Shown here piece after piece: positions 1 to 10,700 of a DNA stretch of 39,169 nucleotides. Made by a program: the position numbers and the translations under genes. The first letter of the stretch is position 1, and every line of letters begins with the position of its first letter. The stretch covers positions 1 through 39,169 of IMG/VR virus record IMGVR_UViG_3300012953_000076; one strand, given 5' to 3'. Source of the DNA: a virus. Taxonomy: Duplodnaviria > Caudoviricetes. The notes under the pieces are model-generated. The model did no database searches and was not told the origin of the DNA. It worked only from the letters and a program-made list of their open reading frames with translations.

Positions 1-1
1 C

Positions 2-1702
2 ACCTATTACAGTGCCTTGAACGCCAACCTGGTGGCGAATGAGGTCTTTTTTGATAGTGCCTCTATAAGAGAGAATGTAGTATCACTTGCTAAGTTAGTT
101 GGATATACCCCAAGGTCTGCAAAGGCAGCAAAGGCAACTATAAGTATGGACTTCTTGGTTACTCCTTCTCAAGAGTCATTAACCATCAAGAAAGGTACTG
201 CCTTTGTGGGTGCTAATGGTGAAGGAACCTTTGTATTCAGTGTTTTAGCAGATGTTACGAGAGAAGCATATGTTGATGGTAATGGAATACGTCGTGTCAC
301 CTTTACAGACATTGACATTTACCAAGGAAACCTTTTAGAACTTAATTATACAGTAGATACATCTACAAAACAGTCATTTATAGTTCCTAGTGCTGATGCA
401 GACGTTGATTTGATCAGTGTTACTATAGATCAGGCAGATAATGCAATTCCAATGTCTTACAAACCAGTAAAAGACATTACTGAGATTGCTGCAACTGATA
501 GAATCTACTTTATACAAGAAAATAAGAGTGAACAGTTTGAACTTATCTTTGGAGATGGAGTATTTGGTAGAAAATTAGTCAGTCAGGATAAAATTAACAT
601 TGAATACCTCAATACTAACAAAAGTGCAGGTAATGAGTGTACTAGTTTTGAATTTGTAGGTAGTATTACATCTGGAAACACTATAATAACAGAATTACAA
701 CCTACAATTACGGTAACTACCAGTTCTGTTGGTGGTGCTGAGCCAGAAAGCGTAAGTTCTATTAAGTATTTGGCTCCAAGATACTACTCTTCTCAAAGAA
801 GAGCCGTAACAGTACGGGATTATGAAACCTTAGTAGCGGAATTATATCCAAACTTACAATCTTTATCTGTATATGGTGGAGAAGAAGCAAGTCCTCCGCA
901 ATATGGAAAAGTATATATTGTAGCAAAGCCCAATGGTGCAGAATCACTTACAACTACTGCTAAGAAAGAATTACAGAAATCAATTAAGAAATATACCATC
1001 CTTACGGTTATTCCAGAAATTCTAGATCCATCTTTCCTATATTTGGAGATAAGTTCCTTTGTATACTACAATAGTAACAGATCAAGAAGGAAATCAGCTG
1101 ATATTGCAAATGTAGTAAGGGGAACGATACAGAGTTTCGGAAATAACAGGGATTTGGAGCGTTTTAACGGTAAATTTAAATATTCTAAGCTGATTGGTCA
1201 AATAGATGCTGCAGATTCTGGTATAACATCCAATATTACTCGTATTAGGATGAAAAAGAACATCCAAGCACTGACTAATGTGTTTGCATCTTATAAAATT
1301 TGTTATGGTAATGTAATTTCACAAAATACCGACTTAGTATCGACTGGATTCAAGTTAACAGGAGAAGATCAGTCATATATTTGGTATTTGGAGAAATACG
1401 GTACAGACAGTATTGCAATTTATCGTGTAGATGGAAGTGAAAAGAAATACTATAGTCAAAACATAGGAACTATTGACTATTCGATGGGTGAAATAAATAT
1501 CAATGGTATTAATATCAGTTCTACAGTGGGAAACACAGAATATATCTCTGTATCACTAGTACCTGCATCAAATGATATTATTGCCTTGAGAGATCTGTAT
1601 TTAACAATAGCAGATTCAGATATTTCAGTTTCAACAGTTCTAGATGAGACAGCATCTTCATCTAGAACATCAGGAGTAGGTCAAACCCCAATTTATAGCT
1701 AA
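2..1702 (+). CDS. gp6: Baseplate wedge subunit gp6 (T4-like), 5' end lies outside the window
   Basis: Frame is open from base 2 (TYYSALNANLVANEVFFDSASIRENVVSLAKLVGYTPRS), so the TTG at 17 is internal. gp6 motifs present: FELIFGDGVFG, GGAEPES-IKYLAP-YSSQRRAVT-DY, GKVYI, GTIDY-G. Sits directly upstream of gp7 and gp8. Confidence 0.93.
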   Translation, partial: TYYSALNANLVANEVFFDSASIRENVVSLAKLVGYTPRSAKAAKATISMDFLVTPSQESLTIKKGTAFVGANGEGTFVFSVLADVTREAYVDGNGIRRVTFTDIDIYQGNLLELNYTVDTSTKQSFIVPSADADVDLISVTIDQADNAIPMSYKPVKDITEIAATDRIYFIQENKSEQFELIFGDGVFGRKLVSQDKINIEYLNTNKSAGNECTSFEFVGSITSGNTIITELQPTITVTTSSVGGAEPESVSSIKYLAPRYYSSQRRAVTVRDYETLVAELYPNLQSLSVYGGEEASPPQYGKVYIVAKPNGAESLTTTAKKELQKSIKKYTILTVIPEILDPSFLYLEISSFVYYNSNRSRRKSADIANVVRGTIQSFGNNRDLERFNGKFKYSKLIGQIDAADSGITSNITRIRMKKNIQALTNVFASYKICYGNVISQNTDLVSTGFKLTGEDQSYIWYLEKYGTDSIAIYRVDGSEKKYYSQNIGTIDYSMGEININGINISSTVGNTEYISVSLVPASNDIIALRDLYLTIADSDISVSTVLDETASSSRTSGVGQTPIYS

Positions 1703-4700
1703 TGTTCAATTCTCTGCAAGTATCGAATGCCATTGAGCAGCAGGTTCCAGATTACCTGTCAAATGACTATCCAAATTTTATTGCATTTATCAAGGACTAC
1801 TATAGATTCCTAGAAACCAATGGTAATGCCTTAGATTTACTAGATGGGTTAACAGAATTAGTTGATATTGATACTTACACTGGTGCAGACGCTACTGCCA
1901 CTCTAGAGGGTGCTGTAACTGCCTCAGATACGTCTATTACCGTTTTAGGGTATGTAGAGTTCCCTAGAAATAATGGACTGCTTAAAATCGACGATGAGGT
2001 CATATTTTACAAGAATTTAGAAGCTAAAGAAGATGGTGGTGTTAAGAAAACTGTTTTCAGTGATTGTGTAAGAGGATGGACTTATAATACACTAACTCTT
2101 GATGGAGGATTCACTGCTAACATTGTTACAACTGCTGCAGATCACTCTAGTGCTGCAATTGTCTATAATCAGTCATATACTTACATTTTATACTTCCTAG
2201 AGCAACTTAGGGAGCAGTATTTAATAGATTTTCCTCAAAATGTATTAAAAGACAATTTAGACCTTGTAAACGTTGATTTCCTTTTAAAAAAAGCAAAAGA
2301 TTTCTATCTTGCAAAAGGAACTCCTCAAGGAATTGATTATTACTTCAAATTCCTCTTTCAGGAGAAACCAGAGCTTAAAAATTACAATGAAGCACTAATA
2401 GATGCTTCAAATGCGACTTATCAGAGTAAAGAGATCGTTAGATTAGAATCTTTAGATAATTACGATCCAAGATTACTTGATGGTGCATCTTTGATACAAG
2501 GAACTAATGAATTTCCAATACAGACAGTAGAAAGTGTCTTTTCCTACTCAAGTCAAGTATATGAGGTTGAATTGTCAAATGGGCAACTTTTAACTCCAAC
2601 AAGATTTACAAAAATCACTTCTGCACTCTCTGGCAATAAATTATTCGTAGATTCCACTCATGAGTTCCCAAAAACAGGATATTTGCGTATTGGGCAAGCT
2701 CTAGTTGAATATACTGGAAAAACACTTAATTATTTCAAAGTTAAGGACTTTGGTGCTACAAGATATAAAGTTGGAGATAAAATCTGGGATCATTCTAGTT
2801 TAGCAACAGTAAAGACAAGACCAGACATATTCTTTGCACTTTATGCTGGAGTTTCAAGTTTTAATGTAGATTCTTCATTTACCTCTTATCAAGTTAATGA
2901 TATTGGTACTGTAATTGATATTGTTAGTCAAGATGACTTAATTCTTAATAATTGGTATTTTAACGATCTTTTACCTTGTACAGTTAATATTGGATTCTTA
3001 TCTGGTGTTAATACTGTTTGGTATGACGATGAATCTGCTTATGTTTATACATCAAGTATTCCATACTACGATATTTTCACAATACCTAGTAATATCATCC
3101 TAGAGGATGGAGATTGGATTAGACGCTTCCCAAGGTCATTTAATCGTAATACAGAAGGAAATAGAGAAGATATACCAACTAATGAACCTATAGGTTTCTT
3201 AAGAGATGGAACTGCTGTTTTAAGTTGGAAAAGTTCCACAACTATTACTAGAGGTAAATTAGAGAGTATTACTATTGAATCTGGTGGAGATAATTATAAT
3301 GTCAATAATCCTCCTTCAATTATCGTTGATGTACCTAGAGGAGAAAATGGAGAAGACCTTACAATACCTGCTTTGGTTAATCCAGTTAGTGGACATGAAG
3401 GAACAAGAGCAGAAGCAGAATTAATTGTACATGGATCGCTAAAAGAGGTTTATATTGAAAATTCTGGTTTAAGTTACCCTAAGAATATTAGTATTGATAT
3501 TATTAAGGATTCAAGTGATACTGAGTACACTGGTACTGATTTTTCACCAGCTATAGTTCAGCCAATTGTAGTTAATGGTAAAATAACAAAAGTAAGGATT
3601 ATAGATCCTGGAAAGGGTTATAGTAAACAACCAATAATAAGAATTACTCCAGTTCTCAATCAACAAGCTGGTGTAGTAGAAAATGCTATATTAAGTGCTT
3701 TTGTTACTGGTCCTATTTCTAAAGTTAATATAACCAATTCTGGTGCAAGATATATGCAGGATCCTACTTATGCACTTACAAAGGGTTCTAGTGCTACTGG
3801 ATTCGTAACAATATCTAATGGTCAGATTATACAAGCAACAGTTATCAATGGTGGTCAGCAATACAATAGTCCACCAGTAGTAACCATTAAAGATAATGCT
3901 AATACTGGAAGTGGTGCTATTATAGTACCAACTATGAGTGCTGGTGCAGTTACAGGATTAAAGGTAATAAATGGTGGAATTAACTATTCAGATAATGGAG
4001 TTACCTTAGATATTGCAGAACCAGGTTCTGGAGATATATTATTACCTAATGTAACTAAATGGGATCTTATTAATAACTTTGATAATAATAATATCTCAAA
4101 TTACTATGATGAACCATCTGGACTATTTTTAGCAGGTGAAAGAGCAATTGAACAAGATGGACAAAATTATATTGGTAAAAAACTAACAGTATTGGGTCCA
4201 CCTAGAAATTTAACTATTAAAGAAGATGGTGTTATATCTACACTTGATTTCACAGATGCAACAGTTCATTCTCCAATTATTGGTTGGGCATTAGATGGTG
4301 CTCCAATATATGGTCCTTTTGGATATAAAAATGCATATGAGGCAGATCCTGCTCAGATTAAGAAAATGCAGAGTGGATATGTCAAATGGACATCTGTACA
4401 GCATGAAACTAATCAAGATCCTATTAGAGTAGAAGCTTCTAATATACAAGGTCTTGATACTTATATTTTAGGGTCTTTTGCTCAAGATTATCACTGGAGT
4501 CCACTTGCTGCTGATTTAGATGAGCAAAATGGTAGATTCTGTGTTACACCAGAGTTTCCAAATGGTGTCTACGCTTATTTCATGACCTATGACTTAAGTT
4601 CAAATAATATCATTCAAAGTGGATATCCATTTTTTGTTGGACCAAAATTTGCAGGAGTAACATATAAAGATTTTAATGATTTAGAAATTGTAGATACTGA

Positions 4701-7700
4701 TGCTATTAGTAATGTTACTAGATACGTTTCTGCTGAATCTACAACAGTATCAAGAGCTATTGATAAAGGTAGTTTCCAAGTAGCATCTATACCAACATCA
4801 TCTTTAGCTACTTTAGATTCTATTAAGATAATAAGTGGTGGAACTGGATATAAGATTGGTGATACTGTAGTATTTGATAGTACTGATACTGAAGGATTTG
4901 GTGCTAGTGGATATGTTAGTGTATTGGATGGTCAACCAGTAACTAGTGTTGCTTTTGCTGAGTATCATTATCTTGAGTATTCAAATGAATTACAGCATTT
5001 TACAGTTGGACAAACAATAAAGAATAATGACACTTTCCAAGGAACTATACACAGTATAGACCCTAATAATAGAAGAGTATATTTAGATGCTGTTACTAGT
5101 CATCCAGTAGTAGGAGACGAGATATATGATGATACTTTAGTAGTAGATACTAGCGTATCTAGTGAATTAGCAGGTGATGATAAAAGTAGTATTTCTGTTA
5201 CTGCTAATGTAACTGGAGCATTATTAACTCAAGATCTTAGTAGTGTTGATACTTATTTCTCTCTAGGAAGCTTTACTAATGGAAGTATTTCTGATTTTTA
5301 TTCTACAACCGAATTAAAGTATATTAAAATTGATGATGAGTATATGAAGGTGCTTAAGCAAGTTACTGGTCATCTATTTGTTTTAAGAGGTCAATCTGGA
5401 ACTATTCCAGCAGCACATGCTAATGGTGCTTCTATAACTTTATGTGACGCTATTGAAGTATTTGATAGCTCTCCATTTGTTATTGGAGATGTTATAAAGA
5501 TTAATAATGAAAATGCTAATGTTGTTGATATTCAAATTACGAAGGAATCCAATTTCTTAAGAACTAGAATTGTAGATGGAACTGGAACTACTTCTGGTAA
5601 TACTTATTATTTGTATTTGAATAAGGTAATTCAAAATTTATCTGGTGTTACTGGTGATGTTGTAAATTTAGATGGTGATAGTAATATTGAAGATTTAACA
5701 TTAACTCAAGGAACTTTTGATGCTAGTCCTATTCCTGAGATAGTAGTTGGTACACAAACTTATGATCCTACTGCAGTTATTAGTGATAATATTAATATTC
5801 AAACATCAACTTATAAACATTTACTTATTGTTGAGAGGTCTACTTATGGAACTACTATTGCTCAACATTACCCTAGAACAACAGTTAATAGATTAACTAG
5901 AGTTTATGCTACAGTTACAAAATATGAACAAAATAGAATATTAACTAGTGTTCTTGCTCAAAATAATGGATTAGCTTCAAATGATCATGTAACAATAGAA
6001 GCATCTACTGCACAAGCAATTAGTGTAAATATAACCTTATCTGGTTCTACACTAACTCAAGGTGGATTTACTGAATTAAATGGAAACTATTATAAGACAT
6101 TTTATGAAGGATCTTCATATAATTATGTTAAGAGTGGTGGTGATCCATTCTCGGTCTCTTTCTTTAGTCCAGGATCTAGTGCTAAACAAAGAGAATACTT
6201 TGATGTTCGTATTACTAAACAGATAGATGCTGGAACTGGTCAATTAACATCATTTACAATTTATCCAGATTCTTCTGATTTGACTGAATATGTATTAAGA
6301 ATTACCAATTTAAATGATGGATCTGTTGTTGATGTACATGCATCTACTGTTCCAGAACCAATTAATGGTGAATATTTAGTCGTTAATTCTGGTAGTGCTA
6401 ATTTTGAGATATACACTCCTATTAGTCCAATTACTCTATTAACTAACCTTTATAACGCAAATACCTTTAAATATAATACAAATTCACCTACAGCAACTGG
6501 TCCTATAAAAGTTGCTACTTTAACCTCTGGTGGATTTGATTATGATATAATTCCTGCAATTACTGGAGTTAATAGTACTGCAGGTATTAATGCTATATTA
6601 GAACCAATATCAAAAACTATTGGTAGTATACAAACAGTTAAATCAATTACCTCTGGATATGGATATAATCCAGCATCAGATAATAGACCCTCATTAGTAT
6701 TTCCTCAGATTTCAAAAATATCTCAAAACTTTGTAGTTTCTGATGTAACTATTACTGATTCTGGTGAAGGGTATGTATTTACTCCAAGAGTTGTTGTTAC
6801 TGGTGGAGGATTATCTGCTGGTGATTCTGGGCATCTTACAGTAGATCCAGTAGTTGTAAGTGGTAAGGTATTAGAATTACCAATTACATTTGAAGGTATT
6901 AGATATTCTACTGCACCTATATTGGATATTGAGAAGTATTATTATACTACACTTAATAGTAGTGGTGATTTGCAGTTTAAATTTAACTTTAAAGATTATT
7001 TCCGAGATAATGATGCTTATAAGATTAGAGCATATTATAATGGTGGAGCGAATTATTTAGAAAGTGGAACTTTCTATGCATATATTGATACCATTACTAT
7101 GAAGAACAGATATACTAGTGGTGGTAGTGATTATGTTGATCCATTAAGTACTAATGCTGTTGGTAGTGGTGGTGCCTTTGATAAAGCAATTATAGTTCCA
7201 AATGGAGTTACTATTGAATATTATCAAGTAATTTTATTAGAAAGAAAAGCAACAGCAACTGCTACAATTAAGAAATCATCATTTATTACAAATGAGAAGG
7301 TTTATATTGGAGATTCTCCAGGAAATATAACAGATCAGTATTTTGGTTATGTTGCTACAAAGAAGGGATGGCAACCTAATAGTTCTATTATTAGATTAGA
7401 AAATTCCAATAAGAGTGTTAAGGCAGGTAATGTAATAGTTGGTGTAAACTCAGGAGCATATGGATATGTAGATGAAGCATATAACGCTAGAACTGAAGCA
7501 AATCTTGGTGCTGTAGTTGAAACTCCAAAACAATTCTTAGATACTAAATCTCATATTGGATATGGTGTATACAAAATACAGGATAGTTTAAAATATCAAA
7601 AGTTTGCTTATGAGATATCTTCTCAAACACCTTTCCTTAATTGGAGAGAGGGTTATCAAAAGGCAGCACATCCTGCTGGATATAGATTATTTGCTAACAC

Positions 7701-10700
7701 TGAGATAAAGAATAGTGCCCTTATGGGTAGATATGATATGCCTGAAAATGGTAAGTTTGACGTTGTTGGAGAAAAGGTTGATATTAAAGGTGGAACTACA
7801 TTAAAGGTTTCTACTGACGTTGATAGTATAGTAAGAATGAATCAGAAATATAATTATCTGGTTACTAGAAATAAAGGATTTGATGAAGTTAGTGTTCTTA
7901 ATAAATTACTTACTGATGTTAAAGATATAAAAACATCAGTTGTTGCCGTATTTGATGATATATCAGATCAATTTGATGGAGTAGAAACTAGATTTGAACT
8001 TAAAGTAGTTAATCCAGCTAATCCTAAAGATGCTAACGATAATATCAATTATATTGAAGGATATAATGTAGACCAAATGGTTATTATCCTTGATAATATT
8101 GTTCAGACATATGGAACATCATGGATTATAACTGACTCTGATAAAACTCTTGATTTCACTGAATCAGTAAAAGATCTTGGTGAATTAATGCCAGCAGGTG
8201 AAATATTAACATATAGACAGTTTAATGAGGATATGGTTATTCATAATCATAGCTCAACACAATCTGCTGCATTAACATCTGGAAATGCTATTCAATTAGT
8301 AGATTCAGTAACTACTAATGCATTCCCTGCATCAATATACACATCTATAGATGAAGATAATTGGATGGTCTTTATTGATGGTGTTGCACAGTTAAAGAGT
8401 AGTTTTGTTATCGCTTCTAGTAATAATGGAGAGATTGCTTTTAGTCAAGACCTTGCAGGTGGATCTCAGATAAATGTTCGTTTTATGAATGGATATTTGA
8501 AGAATGAATTTACTAGTGGAAGTGTAACAGCATTAACTGCAGTAACATTAACTAATAAACCTTCTAGTTCTACCTCTAAGGAAAGTTACTTTGTATGGGT
8601 TGATGGTGTATTACAGTCAACTGATGATTATGAAATAGATGGAAGTAAAGATATAGTGTTTGATTATGGATTCTCTTATGATAGTATAATTATTATGATT
8701 GATCCTCTAGGAGTATCGCTAGAGTCATCTACTCATGGAATTATTAATAATCAATATGCTTATAAGATTGATGATGGACAGCTTGTTATTCCAACAGGTA
8801 CAGTAATTAACTCAAAAGAGTATCTTGTAGATATTGCAGGTGTAGTCCAAACCCCTGATGTTGCATATAAGACAATAACAAGTGGTGTTAGGAAAATTAA
8901 CTTCTTTGAAGCACCACAAAGATACGTAAGTCCTGATTCAACTGTAGGTAGACAGTTTGTTGGTATTCTTTATAGAAGAAGAGGTATTGGTGACCAAACT
9001 ACTATTGCTGGTCAAAGTATTCCAGCACCTAGTCCAATAAACTATCAGTTTGATGACGTTAGTAAAAATGTCATCATGGTTAAGGAAAATCCTGTTGATT
9101 TTGTTGTTGGTGATTATATTGTCACATCTACCTCTTCTGGAAGAATAGAAGCAATAGAAGATGAACTTAATAAGAAGGTAGTTAATACAGGAATAACTTC
9201 AACTGTTGTTGCTAATGCTGGAACATTTAATCTTACTTTAGCAGATATAGTAGGATTGAATGTAGGAGATAGGGTTAAGTATAATGCTTCTATAGGATTA
9301 ACTAGTCCTGATGATGATGAATTAGAAATATCAGCAATAGACAATGATCCAGATTCTGGTACTTATCTACAGGTAACATTTACTAATATTAGTGGTGGTA
9401 ACTTAACTATTGAGGTTTTAGACCTAAGTTCTATTAGAATTAATCATTATGAACTATGGGTAGAAGAATTAACAACATCTAATGCAAATAGAGATCTTGC
9501 ATTTGTTTCTGGAGATACTTTAGAAAGTGGAGTTGTATCTGCTATATCAACAAACACTGCTACTATTTTGAATGAACCATTTGGTTTATTAACCTCAGAG
9601 ACAGTATTTACTGTAGCAAGTTCTACTGGAATCACTACAAATGATTATTTGGTTATTGATAACTATGAAGTAGTTAAAGTCAGTAATGTATCAACAAATG
9701 ATATAACTGTTACTAGGGCTCAGTTAACTACTAGTAATGATAGAGTATTTGCTAATGGTACTACTGTTAAGAAGATAACCCCAAGAACCCTTACTGCATC
9801 TGGTTTCTTTAGAGGATTTGATGGAGAGAAAACTTCATTTGAATTAAAGAAAGATGGTGAAAGAGTTGATATACCAGTTAATGCTGAAATTTTCATAATA
9901 GTTAATGGTATACTCCAAAAGAGAGCTATATCATATACATTTCAAGAACTTGGTACATCCCCTAATGAATATACTGTAATTAATTTTACTGAAGCACCAG
10001 AGGATGGAGTATCATTTAATTCTTTCTATGTTGGTGAATTGATTGGTATTCAAGATATGTCACCATATTTCAATGGTCTTGATACTGTATTTGATTTGAG
10101 AAGTACTAATGGTGAGATATTCAGTTTGATTCATAAATCAAAACCAGAAACTAATATAAGTGCTAACCTACTATTGTTTATTGATGGTGTATTACAAATA
10201 CCATCTACTAAACAATTTGGAAGACCTCAAGCATATCCTGATTTAATTACAGCATTCACTTTACTTGGTAGTGTTGTTGAATTTACTGCTACACCAAGAG
10301 CAGGATCTAATTTTGAAGGGTATATATTTGTTGGATCTAATGATGATTATGATAGTGTTGATATTGATGCAACTGTTGAGGCAGATGATGTAATCATTCA
10401 GTATGATGAAATAAGCCCAAGAATTATTAATAATGTTATTAGTAGTACTACTTTATCTGTAAATGATAGTGGTGGTACAATACTTGGTGCAAAGTCCATA
10501 GATGTAACCCCTAATGGTACTGACTGGTTCCAAGCAGATTTACATAAGAAAGCAAGAATTAGAGAGTCATTACGTGCCAGAAGAACTCTGAAGAGTACTA
10601 TTAATGGATTTGGATCAACGAATTCACCATATCCTTTAGCTACTAAGATTTGGTATGGATCTGCTATAACTAAAATGTCTTTAACGGATATATCATCAGA

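Noticed and set aside
17-19. TTG start for gp6 given by the ORF track
   Set aside because: The frame is open upstream to the window edge and continues the conserved gp6 sequence (TYYSAL), so the true start is outside the window.
1492-1499. AATAAATA late-promoter-like motif inside gp6
   Set aside because: Inside coding sequence (EINI), ~200 nt from the next start and plausible by chance in AT-rich DNA. It cannot be supported without transcript data.
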